A DNA stretch of 64,000 nt, from assembly GCA_964410065.1 (NCBI GenBank), contig CAYPFO010000007.1:4499-68498 (forward strand). The letters are read 5' to 3'. Made by a program: the position numbers and the translations under genes. This document shows, piece by piece, positions 50,720-61,508 of the stretch. The notes below the pieces were generated by a model. It saw nothing but the letters and a program-made list of their open reading frames with translations, was not told the origin of the DNA and made no database searches. The stretch comes from an uncultured Pseudomonas sp. GTDB taxonomy: Bacteria; Pseudomonadota; Gammaproteobacteria; Pseudomonadales; Pseudomonadaceae. The stretch's first letter is position 1, and every line of letters begins with the position of its first letter.

Positions 50720-51757
50720 GTGCCTGTAGTTGCGCACGCAAGGATTGCCCGTTGCCCCATGCCAGCCCGTAATCGAGATGGGAGATGCAGATTCAGCCAC
50801 ATCGCCGCTGCCCTGGCGTTTTGGGGCAGTTCTGCGGTGCTGGCGCACGACAGCGACCTGCCGCGCTGGGCAGTTGAGCGTATCACTCCGCTGCATGACC
50901 GGGTCTCCCGCTGGGTGGACAATTCGTCTCGCAATATCGATGGCTTTTTCGGCACCAACGATAGCCTCAACGTGGAAAACGATTCCTACCTGCGCGTCAG
51001 CCAGGAACTGGAATGGCTGGAGGGCGATGTGCTGCAGCATGGCATCGGCATCCGCTTTCGGCTGGATGTGCCAACCACCGGCCAGCGGTTGCGTCTGGTG
51101 CTGGAGAGCAAGCCGGAAGAGGCGGAAGGCACTCTGGCCGAACAGGGCGCCCAGCGTCTGCGTAACGATCAGCGCGAAAAGCGCACCTCGGTGCTGGGGT
51201 TGGACCGCTTATTCGACAAGGACAAGAGCAAAGGCTGGAGAAACCGTCTGGGTGGTGGCATCAAGCTGCACCTTCCCCCTGACCCTTACGCACGCTTCAC
51301 CACCGAGCGTCTCTGGAGGCTCGGCGATGGGCCCTGGCAGCTCAGCTCCTACAATCGCCTGTCCTGGTTCAACAGTGACGGCTATTCGGCCCGTTCGCGC
51401 TGGGATGTCGGGCGGTTGTTGGATGACAGCCGGCACCTGCGCTATGTCACCCAGTTTCAGTGGCAGGAAGAGGTGGACACGCTGGAGTTCTCCCAGTCCA
51501 TGGAGCTCAGCCAAATTCTGGGCAAACGCAGCGCGATCCAATATGCGGGCGTGGTCGTGGGGGAGAGCAGCTCTATCCCTCGGGTGAACGATTACTACCT
51601 GCAGGCTGCCTACCGGCGCAATCTGCATGAAGAAGTCCTGTTTTTCGACCTGGTGCCGGAACTGCACTTCCCTCGCGATGCCGATTTTCAGGCGCGCTGG
51701 GCGCTGACCCTGCGATTGGAAATGTTCTTCCGTGGCGCGGTCCGATTGCGCCCCTGA
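50720..51757 (+). CDS. Hypothetical exported protein, possibly an outer-membrane beta-barrel
   Basis: GTG at 50720, 5 nt after AAGGA (alternative ATG at 50759). It has a signal-like IAAALAFWGSSAVLA, many alternating aromatic/polar stretches and a C-terminal ...LEMFFRG. No family recognised. Confidence 0.6.
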   Translation: MPVVAHARIARCPMPARNRDGRCRFSHIAAALAFWGSSAVLAHDSDLPRWAVERITPLHDRVSRWVDNSSRNIDGFFGTNDSLNVENDSYLRVSQELEWLEGDVLQHGIGIRFRLDVPTTGQRLRLVLESKPEEAEGTLAEQGAQRLRNDQREKRTSVLGLDRLFDKDKSKGWRNRLGGGIKLHLPPDPYARFTTERLWRLGDGPWQLSSYNRLSWFNSDGYSARSRWDVGRLLDDSRHLRYVTQFQWQEEVDTLEFSQSMELSQILGKRSAIQYAGVVVGESSSIPRVNDYYLQAAYRRNLHEEVLFFDLVPELHFPRDADFQARWALTLRLEMFFRGAVRLRP

Positions 51758-51777
51758 TCGCACGGCGCTGCAAGCCA

Positions 51778-51808
51778 ATAAAAAACGCCGCCCAATGGGG
51801 CGGCGTTA
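51778..51808 (-). terminator. Rho-independent terminator of the RND operon
   Basis: The minus strand reads ACGCCGCCCC-ATTG-GGGCGGCGT followed by TTTTTTATT, 20 nt after the oprM-like stop. Confidence 0.85.
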
Positions 51809-51827
51809 TCCTTGTAGCGAAAGCCGA

Positions 51828-53243
51828 TCAGCCCTGCGGCTCGTCGGCCAGCCAGCCGCCGCCCAAAGCCTTGTACAGGTTGACCTCGCTGATCAGCTGC
51901 GCCAGGCGGTCGCCGACCAGTTGCTGACGCGCCGCGAACAGCTGGCGCTGGGCGACGAGCAAGTTGAGGTAGCTGTCCACACCGCCCCGGTAGCGACGCT
52001 CGGCGAGCTGGTAGTACTCCTCGCTGGCGGCCAGCAGGTTGCGCTGCGCCTGCACCTGGTCGCTGTAGGTAGCCCGCGCGGCCAGGCCGTCGGCTACTTC
52101 GCGGAAGCCCACCTGGATGGCCTTCTCGTACTGCGCGACCTGGATGTTCTTCGCCACTTCGGCGTAGTCGCGGTTGGCCCGCAGGCGGCCGGCGTTGAAG
52201 ATCGGCACGCTGATGCTCGGCGTGAAGCTCCAGTAATCGGCGTTCGAACTGAACAGGTCGGACAGCTCGCCGCTGGCGAAACCGAGCGCGCCGGTCAAGC
52301 CGATGCGCGGGAAGAACGCTGCACGCGCGGCGCCGATGTTGGCGTTGGCGGCCCGCAGCTGATGCTCGGCCTGGAGAATGTCCGGGCGGTTCTGCAGCAG
52401 ATCCGAAGGCAATCCGGCCGGCACTTCGGCGAGCAGATCGTCACCCAGGCTGGACGCTTCCAGAAGCTGCGCCGGCACCGAGCCGCCGAGCAGTTGCGCC
52501 AGGGCGTTGCGGTCCTGGGCGACCAGGCGGGTGTACGCCGACAAGGCGCCACGAGTGCTTTCCGCGGCGGTTTTCGCCTGACTCAGTTCCAGGGCCGAGG
52601 CCACACCCACGTCGAAGCTGCGCTGAGTCAGCGTCAGGCTTTCTTCGTAGGTCTTCAGGGTGTCCTGGGCAACCTTCAGCAGGGCCTGATCGGCCTGCAG
52701 GGTCAGCCAGGCATTGGCCACTGCGGACACCAGGCTGATCTTGGCGCTGCGCTGCGCGGCTTCGCTGGCGAAGTACTGCTCCAGCGCTTGATCACGCAGG
52801 CTGCGCACCCGGCCGAACAGGTCCAACTCCCAGGACAGGCCGAGGGTGGCGCTGTACTGGGTGTTGGTGCCGGCGGCCAGCGGATTGACCGCCTCCGGGG
52901 TATGGGTGCGACTCATGGCTGCGTCGGCACTCACACCCGGGAAGATATCGGCACGCTGGATGCGGTACTGGGCGCGGAACGCCTCCACGTTAAGTGTGGC
53001 GATGCGCAGGTCGTGGTTGTTCTCCAGGGCGATGCCAATCAATTGGCGCAGACGGTCATCGCGAAAGAACGCCTGCCAGCCCAGTTCGGCAGCCGGTACG
53101 CTGGCCACCTTGCCGGTATCGGCCTGCAGCGCGGCCGGTACCCAGCGCTCCGGCAGTCCCGGCTCGGGGCGCTCATAGTCGGGGGTCAGCGAGCAGCCGG
53201 CCAGCGTTACGGCCAGCGCCAGTGTCAAAGCGGACTTGTTCAT
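51828..53243 (-). CDS. oprM: Outer-membrane efflux lipoprotein, NodT/OprM family
   Basis: 471 aa with lipobox LAGCSL and the two OEP repeats. ATGA overlap with the RND pump gene. The symbol is assigned by synteny with PAO1 PA0425-0427 (recalled). Confidence 0.8.
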   Translation of the reverse strand: MNKSALTLALAVTLAGCSLTPDYERPEPGLPERWVPAALQADTGKVASVPAAELGWQAFFRDDRLRQLIGIALENNHDLRIATLNVEAFRAQYRIQRADIFPGVSADAAMSRTHTPEAVNPLAAGTNTQYSATLGLSWELDLFGRVRSLRDQALEQYFASEAAQRSAKISLVSAVANAWLTLQADQALLKVAQDTLKTYEESLTLTQRSFDVGVASALELSQAKTAAESTRGALSAYTRLVAQDRNALAQLLGGSVPAQLLEASSLGDDLLAEVPAGLPSDLLQNRPDILQAEHQLRAANANIGAARAAFFPRIGLTGALGFASGELSDLFSSNADYWSFTPSISVPIFNAGRLRANRDYAEVAKNIQVAQYEKAIQVGFREVADGLAARATYSDQVQAQRNLLAASEEYYQLAERRYRGGVDSYLNLLVAQRQLFAARQQLVGDRLAQLISEVNLYKALGGGWLADEPQG

Positions 53244-56200
53244 TGTGCCTCTCCGTTGCGCTCAGTCTTGCGCGGCGTCTTGAACAGCGTGGTCACCCCG
53301 ACGAAGAACAGCGGCACCCAGAAGATCACCAGCACGGTGGCGGAGATCATCCCGCCGACCACGCCGGTACCGATGGAGTGTGCGCTGCCGGCACCCGCAC
53401 CCGTGGCCAGAGCCAGCGGCACCACACCCATGGTGAACGCCAGCGAGGTCATGATGATCGGGCGCAGACGCATGCGGCAGGCTTCCACCGCCGCCTTGGT
53501 CAGATCCATGCCCTGGTCGTAGAGGTCCTTGGCGAACTCGACGATCAGGATGGCGTTCTTGGCGGTCAGGCCGATGGTGGTCAGCAGGCCCACCTGGAAG
53601 AACACGTCGTTGGTCAGGCCGCGCCCCAGGGTGAAGAGCACGGCGCCGATCAGGCCCAGCGGCACCACCAGCATCACCGCGAAGGGGATCGACCAGCTTT
53701 CATACAAGGCGGCCAGGGAGAGGAACACCACCAGCAGCGCCAGGCCCAGCAGGATCGGAAGCTGGCTGCCGGACATGCGCTCTTCGAACGACAGGCCGGT
53801 CCAGCTGATACCGATGCCGTTAGGCAGCTTTGCGGCAATTTCCTCGATGGCGGCCATGGCGTCGCCCGTGCTGTAGCCCGGGGCGGCGCCACCCTGGATC
53901 TGGATGGACTCCACGCCGTTGTAACGCGACAGCTTCGGTGAACCGTAGGTCCAGGTGCCGGTCGCAAAGGCGCTGAACGCCACCATCTCGCCCTTGTTGT
54001 TGCGGATGTACCACTTGTCCAGGTCTTCGGGGTTCATGCGCGCATGCGCTTCGCCCTGCATGAAGACCTTCTTGACCCGACCGCGATCGATGAAGTCGTT
54101 GACGTAGGCCGAGCCCCAGGCGATGGACAAGGTGTTGTTGATGTCATTCATCGACAGACCCAGCACCTGCGCCTTTTCGTCGTCGATGAGGATCTGGTAT
54201 TGCGGCTCGTCGTTCAGGCCGTTGGGGCGGACACCAGTCAGGGCCGGGTGTTGGGCGGCCATGCCGAGCAGCTGGTTGCGCGCGTTCATCAGCGCGTCGT
54301 GGCCGACACCGGCCATGTCCTGCAGGTAGACATCGAAGCCTGAGGCGTTACCCAGTTCGATTACCGACGGCGGCACGATGGCGAAAGCCATGGCGTCGCG
54401 GTGCTGGAAGAAACGCATCTGCGCTCGCTGCTGCAGGGCGAACACGGCGTCCTTGGCCTCCGGGCGCTTGGCCCAGTCCTTCAGGCCGACGAACATGATC
54501 GCCGCGTTCTGACCACGGCCGGCAAAGCTGAAGCCCTGCACGCTCATCACGCCTTCCACGGCGTCGCTTTCCTCGGTGAGCAGGTAGTTGCGCAGCTCAT
54601 CGACCATTTTCTCGGTACGCTCGAAGGTCGCACCCACCGGGGCAACCACCTGCACGAACATCACGCCCTGGTCTTCCGGCGGCAGGAACGCGGCCGGCAC
54701 GCGTAAGAACAGCACGCCCACGGCCACCACGATGGCGACCCAGATACCCAGGAACGACCAGCGATTGCGCAGCACGCGGCGCACGCCGCCTTCGTACTTG
54801 TGTACGCCGCGTTCGAACTTGCGGTTGAACCAGCCGAAGAAGCCGCGCTTCTCGTCGTGATGGCCCTTGGCAATGGGCTTGAGCAGGGTGGCGCACAGCG
54901 CCGGGGTGAATATCAGCGCGACCAGCACCGACAGGCCCATGGCCGAGGCGATGGTGATAGCAAATTGGCGATAGATCACCCCCACCGAGCCGGCCATGAA
55001 AGCCATCGGCACGAACACGGCAGACAGCACAATGCCGATGCCCACCAGCGCGCCCTGAATCTGACCCATGGACTTGCGCGTCGCCTCGCGTGGCGACAGT
55101 CCTTCCTCGACCATCACCCGTTCGACGTTCTCCACCACCACGATGGCATCGTCCACAAGCAGGCCGATGGCCAGCACCATGGCGAACATCGTCAAGGTAT
55201 TGATGCTGTAGCCGAACATGAAGAGCACGCCGAAGGTACCCAGCAGTACCACCGGCACCGCCAGGGTGGGAATCAGCGTGGCGCGGAAGTTCTGCAGGAA
55301 CAGGTACATCACCAGGAACACCAGCACGATGGCCTCGAACAGGGTCATCACCACGCTGGAGATGGACGCCGAGATCACCGGGGTGGTGTCGAACGGATAC
55401 ACCACGTCCATGCCTTCGGGCAGGAACGGCTCCAGACGGCTAATGGTGTCGCGCACCGCCTCGGCGGTGGACAGGGCGTTGGCGCCGGTGGCCAGGTTGA
55501 TGGCGATGCCGGTGGCCGGCATGCCGTTGTACTTGGCCGCGATGTTCTCGCGCATGGCACCCATTTCAACGCGGGCCACATCGCTCAGGCGTACCTGGGA
55601 ACCGTCGCTGTTGACCTTGAGCAGGATCTTGCGGAATTCATCAGGGCTTTCCAGGCGTGTCTTGCCGATGATGGTCGCGGTCAGTTGCTGACCGGGTACC
55701 GCTGGCAGGCCGCCGAGCTGGCCGGTGGATACCTGCACGTTCTGCGCCTTGATGGCGTTGCTGACGTCCATGGGGGTCAGCGCATAGCTCACCAGCTTGG
55801 CCGGGTCGAGCCAGATACGCATCGAGTAGGAGGAGCCGAATACCTGGAAATCACCCACACCCGGGGTCCGCGAAATCGGGTCCTGGATGTTGGAGATCAC
55901 ATAGTCGGAGAGGTCGATGTTGCTGTAGCGGCCATCGCTGGAAACCAGCGCCACCACCATCAGGAAGCCACCGGCCGCCTTGGTCACCCGGATGCCCTGC
56001 TGCTGCACTTCCATCGGCAGCAGCGGGGTGGCCAGCTGCAGTTTGTTCTGCACCTGCACCTGGGCGATGTTCGGGTCGGTGCCCTGCTCGAAGGTGATCT
56101 TGATCGAGCCGCTGCCGTCGTTGTTGGACTCGGCCGACATGTAGCGCATGCCGTCCAGGCCGCTCATCTGCTGCTCGATCACCTGGATCACGGTGTCCTG

Positions 56201-56371
56201 CACCGTCTGCGCCGAGGCGCCCGGGTAGACGAGACTGATGTTCACCGACGGCGCGGCAATGCTCGGGTACTGGCTGACCGGCAGCTGCAGCAGCCCCAGA
56301 CCGCCGGCAAGCATGACCACGAGGGCGATCACCCATGCGAAAATCGGGCGATCAATGAAAAAATTTGGCAT
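53240..56371 (-). CDS. mexB: RND multidrug efflux permease, MexB/TtgB/AcrB type (HAE1)
   Basis: 1043 aa. [21 protein letters not shown]... and the C-terminal ...[27 protein letters not shown]... are closely similar to MexB as I recall it. Confidence 0.85.
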   Translation of the reverse strand: MPNFFIDRPIFAWVIALVVMLAGGLGLLQLPVSQYPSIAAPSVNISLVYPGASAQTVQDTVIQVIEQQMSGLDGMRYMSAESNNDGSGSIKITFEQGTDPNIAQVQVQNKLQLATPLLPMEVQQQGIRVTKAAGGFLMVVALVSSDGRYSNIDLSDYVISNIQDPISRTPGVGDFQVFGSSYSMRIWLDPAKLVSYALTPMDVSNAIKAQNVQVSTGQLGGLPAVPGQQLTATIIGKTRLESPDEFRKILLKVNSDGSQVRLSDVARVEMGAMRENIAAKYNGMPATGIAINLATGANALSTAEAVRDTISRLEPFLPEGMDVVYPFDTTPVISASISSVVMTLFEAIVLVFLVMYLFLQNFRATLIPTLAVPVVLLGTFGVLFMFGYSINTLTMFAMVLAIGLLVDDAIVVVENVERVMVEEGLSPREATRKSMGQIQGALVGIGIVLSAVFVPMAFMAGSVGVIYRQFAITIASAMGLSVLVALIFTPALCATLLKPIAKGHHDEKRGFFGWFNRKFERGVHKYEGGVRRVLRNRWSFLGIWVAIVVAVGVLFLRVPAAFLPPEDQGVMFVQVVAPVGATFERTEKMVDELRNYLLTEESDAVEGVMSVQGFSFAGRGQNAAIMFVGLKDWAKRPEAKDAVFALQQRAQMRFFQHRDAMAFAIVPPSVIELGNASGFDVYLQDMAGVGHDALMNARNQLLGMAAQHPALTGVRPNGLNDEPQYQILIDDEKAQVLGLSMNDINNTLSIAWGSAYVNDFIDRGRVKKVFMQGEAHARMNPEDLDKWYIRNNKGEMVAFSAFATGTWTYGSPKLSRYNGVESIQIQGGAAPGYSTGDAMAAIEEIAAKLPNGIGISWTGLSFEERMSGSQLPILLGLALLVVFLSLAALYESWSIPFAVMLVVPLGLIGAVLFTLGRGLTNDVFFQVGLLTTIGLTAKNAILIVEFAKDLYDQGMDLTKAAVEACRMRLRPIIMTSLAFTMGVVPLALATGAGAGSAHSIGTGVVGGMISATVLVIFWVPLFFVGVTTLFKTPRKTERNGEAQ

Positions 56372-56392
56372 AACGAATTACCCTGGGCCGAC

Positions 56393-57508
56393 TTACTGTT
56401 GATCGGCGGTGAGATTACCGGCTGGCTTGGTCTGTACGGCCACACCCGGCTGGATGTACTGCAGTCCTTCGGTGATCAGACGCTCGCCCGCCTTCAGGCC
56501 GGACGTCACCAACCAGCGGTTGCCTATGGCGCGTTCGACTTCAACGGAGCGAGATTCGACCTTGCCTTCCATGTTCACCACCATGGCCAGTGGGCGGCCA
56601 CGTGCATCGCGGGAAATACCTTGCTGAGGCGCCAGAATGGCCTTCTCGAGCACGCCGCTGACCAGTTCGGCTTTCACGAACATGCCCGGCAGCAGCAGTT
56701 TGTCCGGGTTGGGGAACAATGCACGCACGGTCACCGAGCCGGTTCCGGCGTCCACGCCGACTTCCGAGAACTCCAGCTTACCTTCGTGTGAATAGATGCT
56801 GCCGTCTTCCAGCTTCAGGCGGACCTTGGCGGCATTCTCACCGGCCTTTTGCAAGCGACCCTCTGCCATGGCCTTGCGCAGGCGCAGCAGATCGGTGCTG
56901 GACTGGGTCACGTCCACATAGATCGGATCGAACTGTTGAATGGTGGCCAGCGGTTGGGCCTGACCATTGTTGACCAGCGCACCCTCGCTCACCGAGGAGC
57001 GGCCGATGCGGCCATCGATAGGCGCCAGCACCTTGGTGTAGCGCACATTGATGCGGGCCTGCTCGAGGCTGGCCTGGGCCTGCAGGAAGGCGGCGCGCGC
57101 TTCGTCGTGGGCCTGCTGGCTGACGGCATTGTCCTTGACCAGCTCGGCATAGCGCTGGGAGAGCGAACGGGTAGAAGCCAGCGTCGCTTCGGCGCTCTTC
57201 AGGGCAGCGTCGTAAACGGCGGCGTCGATCTGGTACAGCTGCTGACCGGCCTTGACCTCACTGCCTTCTTCGAACAGACGCTTCTGGATGATGCCATTGA
57301 CCTGTGGGCGCACTTCAGCGCTGCGATAGGCCGTGGTGCGGCCCGGCAATTCAGTGGTCAGCGCATAGGGCTGGGCTTCAAGGGTAACGATGCCAACCAG
57401 CGGTGCAGGAGGGGCTGCGGTGGGCGCCGCCTGGTCATTACAGGCAACCAGCAGTGAAGCAATGGCAAAAACAGGAATCAGCGCCACATGGGCTGGCTTG
57501 ATCGACAT
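56393..57508 (-). CDS. mexA: RND periplasmic adaptor (membrane fusion lipoprotein), MexA type
   Basis: Track ORF (478 aa) trimmed to the ATG at 57506-57508 (MSIKPAHVALIPVFAIASLLVAC lipobox), giving 371 aa. It has HlyD/biotinyl-lipoyl and barrel-sandwich patterns. Confidence 0.82.
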   Translation of the reverse strand: MSIKPAHVALIPVFAIASLLVACNDQAAPTAAPPAPLVGIVTLEAQPYALTTELPGRTTAYRSAEVRPQVNGIIQKRLFEEGSEVKAGQQLYQIDAAVYDAALKSAEATLASTRSLSQRYAELVKDNAVSQQAHDEARAAFLQAQASLEQARINVRYTKVLAPIDGRIGRSSVSEGALVNNGQAQPLATIQQFDPIYVDVTQSSTDLLRLRKAMAEGRLQKAGENAAKVRLKLEDGSIYSHEGKLEFSEVGVDAGTGSVTVRALFPNPDKLLLPGMFVKAELVSGVLEKAILAPQQGISRDARGRPLAMVVNMEGKVESRSVEVERAIGNRWLVTSGLKAGERLITEGLQYIQPGVAVQTKPAGNLTADQQ

Positions 57509-57587
57509 GTAAGACCTCGTGAAAAGAAACGGAGTAAGGCAAAAATATTGAACGGGGCCGACGTGTGGCAATGCGGGCAGGGTGCGA

Positions 57588-57654
57588 AATATACTTACAT
57601 GCAGAACTGTTTGTAAATAAAAGTCTTCTATGAAGACGTGAAGTTGTCTTCTAT
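57588..57654 (-). promoter_or_regulatory. Candidate sigma70 promoter plus palindrome/direct-repeat operator of the RND operon
   Basis: In gene orientation it reads TTTACA-N18-TATATT (plus-strand 57612-57617 and 57588-57593). Immediately upstream lies a perfect 6-3-6 palindrome GTCTTCTATGAAGAC (57623-57637). A third GTCTTCTAT half-site sits at 57646-57654. Confidence 0.4.
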
Positions 57655-57857
57655 TCAGCATAAACGCGAGAGCGCGCAGGTTATGTGTGGAAACGCCTCT
57701 GCGGCGGGGCTTTTCAGGCAGACCATGCCTAGGTTCGGTGGCCTGCTGCGGGGCCGTTTCGGGGAGGTTGGCGCAAACTCTTGATACATGATGATCGCAG
57801 CTTGCGGGGGAGGCATTGCGCCCCTGCACGCACGCGACGCGTGAGTTCAGTTCTGAA

Positions 57858-57891
57858 ACACAAACGCCGGCTCTGGGCCGGCGTTTGTGTG
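57858..57891 (-). terminator. Terminator hairpin after yceI
   Basis: ACACAAACGCCGGC-loop-GCCGGCGTTTGTGT, about 13-bp stem. The minus strand continues TTTCAG. Confidence 0.65.
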
Positions 57892-57905
57892 GAACAACCT
57901 ACGAC

Positions 57906-58481
57906 TTACTTGCGAACGCCTTCCACGGAGAAGGTCAGCTCCACGTTTTCAGTTGCCGGGCCTAGATCCATCTTGATGCCGAAATCTTTCATTTTGATGG
58001 TGGTGGTGCCTGCGAAGCCGGCACGGTAGCCGCCCCACGGGTCCTTGCCTTCACCGATGAACTGCGCCGCGATCACGACCGGTTTGGTCACGCCGTTCAG
58101 GGTCAGGTCGCCGGTGACGTCAGCGGTGCCTTCACCGGTGGACTTCACGCTGGTGGACGTGAAGGTCGCGGTCGGATACTTGCCCACATTGAGGAAGTCG
58201 TCGCTGCGCAGGTGCTTGTCGCGCTCGGCATGGTTGGTGTCGATGCTGGCGGTCTTCAAGGTCACTTCGATCTTGCTGGCTTCCGGCTTGGCAGCGTCGA
58301 AGCTGAAGCTGCCGTCAAAATCCTTGAAGGTGCCGTGCATGAAGCTGAAGCCCAAGTGGCCGGTCTTGAAGTTGACGAAGGCGTGCTGGCCGGCTTTATC
58401 AATGGCGTAGTCGGCGGCCAGGGCCTGACCTGCGAAGAGGGCGGAGCCCAGAGCAAGAGCGGTGAAGGTTTTCTTCAACAT
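57906..58481 (-). CDS. yceI: YceI-family periplasmic polyisoprenoid-binding protein
   Basis: 191 aa: signal peptide, then the YceI pattern ([20 protein letters not shown]...G.F..F.G...FD). AAGGAG SD. Confidence 0.9.
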   Translation of the reverse strand: MLKKTFTALALGSALFAGQALAADYAIDKAGQHAFVNFKTGHLGFSFMHGTFKDFDGSFSFDAAKPEASKIEVTLKTASIDTNHAERDKHLRSDDFLNVGKYPTATFTSTSVKSTGEGTADVTGDLTLNGVTKPVVIAAQFIGEGKDPWGGYRAGFAGTTTIKMKDFGIKMDLGPATENVELTFSVEGVRK

Positions 58482-58510
58482 AAAACAGTCTCCTTAAGGA
58501 TGAGAGTCGA

Positions 58511-59065
58511 TCATTTTTCGGCACAACCGAACATGCGTTTCAGGGTGGGGTCACGGTCGATGAAATGATGCTTGAGCGCGGCCAATGCGTGCAGGCCGGA
58601 GAAAATAATCACGCCCCAGGCCAGGTAAAAATGTACGGCACCGGCAATATCCTCCTGGCGCGGGATCCAGGTGATCAGCGCCGGCACGTCGAACCAGCCG
58701 AAGACACTGATCGGGCGGCCGTCGGCGGTGGAAATCAGGTAACCCGAGATCATCAACACGAACAAACCGGCATACAGTGCCAAGTGGCCGGCCGTGCTGG
58801 CCAGGCGCACCCGCTTACTGTGGTTGGCCGGCGCCGGTGGTGGCGGGCTGATCCAGCGCCACACCAGGCGCAGCACCATGAACGCCAGGAGAATCAATCC
58901 GATGCTCTTGTGGATATCCGGCGCGGTGCGGTACCAGGGGCTGTAGTAGTTCAGCTCGCGCATCCATAACCCGAGCCCGAACAGCCCGAACACGGTCAAG
59001 GCCACCCCCCAGTGCATGAGGATGCTGGCCAGGCCATAGTTTTTGGAAGTGTTTCGCCACTGCAT
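58511..59065 (-). CDS. Cytochrome b561-family membrane protein
   Basis: 184 aa with four TM helices and conserved His (ILMHWGVAL, SGLHALAALKHHF). It forms the classic cybB-yceI pair. Confidence 0.88.
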   Translation of the reverse strand: MQWRNTSKNYGLASILMHWGVALTVFGLFGLGLWMRELNYYSPWYRTAPDIHKSIGLILLAFMVLRLVWRWISPPPPAPANHSKRVRLASTAGHLALYAGLFVLMISGYLISTADGRPISVFGWFDVPALITWIPRQEDIAGAVHFYLAWGVIIFSGLHALAALKHHFIDRDPTLKRMFGCAEK

Positions 59066-59243
59066 GGCGGGACCCCTCGTGAATTTCGATGGGCGTAGCC
59101 TACCGATAAACCTATCGAAATAAAGCGAATTTTTTCGCTCTGAACAATCGGATTAGTCGATGTTACCGCCGGCCAGCCTACCGATGACCCACCCTGGCGG
59201 CACCATCTGATAGGCTCACCGGGTTTTTTCGATGAGGCGAACC

Positions 59244-60650
59244 ATGAGCCAGAACCACGACTGGATGCAGCGCGACCTGCAGGTGCTTTGGCATCCCTGC
59301 ACACAGATGAAGGACCACGAGCAACTGCCGCTGATCCCCATCCGCCGCGGTGAAGGCGTGTGGCTGGAGGATTTCGATGGCAAGCGCTACCTGGATGCGG
59401 TCAGCTCCTGGTGGGTCAACGTCTTTGGTCATGCCAATCCTCACATCAACACGCGGATCAAGGCGCAGGTCGACCAACTCGAGCACGTCATGCTGGCGGG
59501 ATTCAGCCATCAGCCGGTGATCGAGCTGTCCGAGCGCCTGGTGGCCATCACGCCGCCGGGTCTTGACCGGGTGTTCTTCGCTGACAACGGTTCCTCGAGC
59601 ATCGAGGTGGCGTTGAAGATGAGTTTCCATTATTGGCGCAACTGTGGCCGCAGCGAGAAACAGCGCTTCGTGACCCTGACCAACAGCTACCATGGCGAAA
59701 CCATGGCGGCCATGTCGGTCGGCGATGTGGCGCTGTTTACCGACACCTACAAGCCGTTGTTGCTGGACACGTTCAAGGTGCCCAGCCCGGACTGCTATCA
59801 CCGTGCGCCAGGCGTGAGCTGGGAAGAGCACTCGCGACTGATGTTTGCGCATATGGAACAGACCCTCGCCGAGCACCACGGACAGGTCGCCGCGGTCATC
59901 GTCGAGCCGCTGATCCAGGGTGCTGGTGGCATGCGCATGTACCATCCGGTCTACCTCACGCTGCTGCGCGAGGCCTGTGACCGCTACGGGGTACACCTGA
60001 TCGTCGATGAGATCGCCGTCGGCTTCGGGCGCACCGGGACGATGTTCGCGTGCGAGCAGGCCGGCATTACCCCGGACTTCATGGTGCTGTCCAAGGCGCT
60101 GACCGGGGGTTACCTGCCCATGGCGGCGCTGCTGACCACCGATACCGTCTACCAGGCGTTCTACGACGACTATTCAACGTTGCGCGCCTTCCTGCACTCG
60201 CACACCTACACCGGCAATCCCCTGGCGTGCGCCGCCGCGCTGGCGACATTGGACATTTTCGAGCAGGACAACGTGATCGAGGCCAACCGGGCGCTCTCGA
60301 CGCGCATGGGGCAGGCGTGTGCGCATCTGGCCGATAACCCCCATGTGGCCGAAGTGCGCCAGACGGGCATGGCCCTGGCCATTGAAATGGTTGAAGACAA
60401 GGCGAGCAAGACCCCCTATGCCTGGCAAGAGCGGCGTGGCCTGGCGGTTTATCAACATGCCCTGCAACGTGGGGCGTTGCTGCGCCCGCTGGGCAACGTG
60501 GTGTACTTGCTGCCGCCTTATGTGATCACGCCGGAGGAGATCGATTTTCTCGCCGAGGTGGCCACCGAGGGCATCGACTTGGCCACGCGCACCTCGGTCA
60601 GCGTGCCCGTTGGGACAGGGCTGTACCCTGGTCACCGGGATCCGGGCTAG
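59244..60650 (+). CDS. bioA: Adenosylmethionine-8-amino-7-oxononanoate aminotransferase
   Basis: ATG at 59244 (MSQNHDWMQRDLQVLWHPCTQMKDH). Class III aminotransferase with the PLP lysine context (MVLSKALTGGYLP). Confidence 0.93.
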   Translation: MSQNHDWMQRDLQVLWHPCTQMKDHEQLPLIPIRRGEGVWLEDFDGKRYLDAVSSWWVNVFGHANPHINTRIKAQVDQLEHVMLAGFSHQPVIELSERLVAITPPGLDRVFFADNGSSSIEVALKMSFHYWRNCGRSEKQRFVTLTNSYHGETMAAMSVGDVALFTDTYKPLLLDTFKVPSPDCYHRAPGVSWEEHSRLMFAHMEQTLAEHHGQVAAVIVEPLIQGAGGMRMYHPVYLTLLREACDRYGVHLIVDEIAVGFGRTGTMFACEQAGITPDFMVLSKALTGGYLPMAALLTTDTVYQAFYDDYSTLRAFLHSHTYTGNPLACAAALATLDIFEQDNVIEANRALSTRMGQACAHLADNPHVAEVRQTGMALAIEMVEDKASKTPYAWQERRGLAVYQHALQRGALLRPLGNVVYLLPPYVITPEEIDFLAEVATEGIDLATRTSVSVPVGTGLYPGHRDPG

Positions 60651-60730
60651 GGCAGCGGCAAGCCACAAGCCTCAGCGGGCGGTCTTATTTGCCATCGACA
60701 TCCGCCTCAGGCTTCAGGCCAGGGGCCGGG

Positions 60731-60767
60731 TGCTTTAAGCTTGCCGCTTTCAACTTGCCGCTTGCAG
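60731..60767. repeat. AAGCTTGCCGC / CTTGCAGC repeat (copy 3 of 3 loci)
   Basis: TGCTTTAAGCTTGCCGCTTTCAACTTGCCGCTTGCAGCC lies just upstream of rsmE and shares cores with 18470-18570 and 47611-47670. Confidence 0.55.
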
Positions 60768-60776
60768 CCCTCTTCT

Positions 60777-61496
60777 ATGCGCCTCTCTCGCTTCTTCGTC
60801 GACCTTCCCCTTGCCCTCGGTCAGCATGCTCTGCCGGAAGCCCAGGCCCATTACATCGGTCGCGTGCTGCGCCTGGCGGCGGGCGATGCCGTGCAGCTGT
60901 TCGACGGCAGCGGCCAGGAGTTCGTCGGGGTACTCAGCGAGGTGGGCAAGAAAACCGTCAGTGTCGAACTGCATGAGCAGTTCGCCGGGCTGAGCGAATC
61001 GCCGCTGCATATTCATCTCGGTCAGGGCGTTTCCCGGGGCGAGCGCATGGACTGGGCGATTCAAAAAGCCACCGAATTGGGCGTGGCGGAAATCACCCCA
61101 CTGGTGTCCGAACGCTGCGAAGTGCGCCTGAAAGACGAACGGGCCGACAAGCGCCTGGCCCATTGGCGACAGATTGCGATCAGTGCCTGCGAGCAGTGCG
61201 GGCGTTCGGTGTTGCCGGCGATTCACGCGCCGCTGAGCCTGGCGGCGTGGCAGGAGGAGGTGCAGGCCGACTTGAAGTTGGTGCTGCACCCGGTGGCCGA
61301 GCCCCTGCTGGGCCATGCCCGACCGGCCCGCCTGGCTTTTCTTATCGGCCCGGAAGGCGGGCTTTCCGAGACCGAAGTCGAGGCGGCGAAAGCCAGCGGC
61401 TTCCTGGCGGCGCGTCTCGGACCACGGGTGCTGCGCACCGAAACGGCGCCCGTGGTGGCGCTCAGTGTCGCGCAACAGTTGTGGGGCGATTTTTAA
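60777..61496 (+). CDS. rsmE: 16S rRNA (uracil1498-N3)-methyltransferase RsmE
   Basis: Trimmed to the ATG at 60777 (MRLSRFFVD...HYIGRVLRL). SPOUT C-terminus (LIGPEGGLSETEV, LGPRVLRTETA). Confidence 0.9.
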   Translation: MRLSRFFVDLPLALGQHALPEAQAHYIGRVLRLAAGDAVQLFDGSGQEFVGVLSEVGKKTVSVELHEQFAGLSESPLHIHLGQGVSRGERMDWAIQKATELGVAEITPLVSERCEVRLKDERADKRLAHWRQIAISACEQCGRSVLPAIHAPLSLAAWQEEVQADLKLVLHPVAEPLLGHARPARLAFLIGPEGGLSETEVEAAKASGFLAARLGPRVLRTETAPVVALSVAQQLWGDF

Positions 61497-61508
61497 GCAG
61501 CCGGTACG

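Noticed and set aside
54800-56791. 663-aa ORF antisense to the RND pump and adaptor genes. Similar long antisense ORFs occur at 51732-53522, 25232-26767, 21269-22645, 3849-5222, 1915-3201, 48749-50491, 43023-44243, 46160-47332, 33677-34828, 13526-14530 and 7647-8591.
   Set aside because: All lie opposite confidently identified genes and show shadow-frame composition. None has a recognisable motif.
56393-57829. Track ORF gives a 478-aa adaptor protein with a 107-residue N-terminal extension
   Set aside because: The extension runs through the AT-rich promoter region and has no SD. The lipoprotein signal peptide starts at the internal ATG (57508). The same trimming logic was applied to many other track ORFs (phoB, ubiA, oxyR, exbB, crc, pyrE, argB, ald, ahcY, rhlE, ligB, rsmE and others).
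57509-57905. Looked for a degraded mexR/ttgR-type regulator gene in the spacer upstream of the efflux operon
   Set aside because: No frame on either strand gives more than a short, compositionally odd ORF. The 57781-58029 ORF overlaps yceI in a different frame. I conclude that no regulator gene or obvious pseudogene is present.
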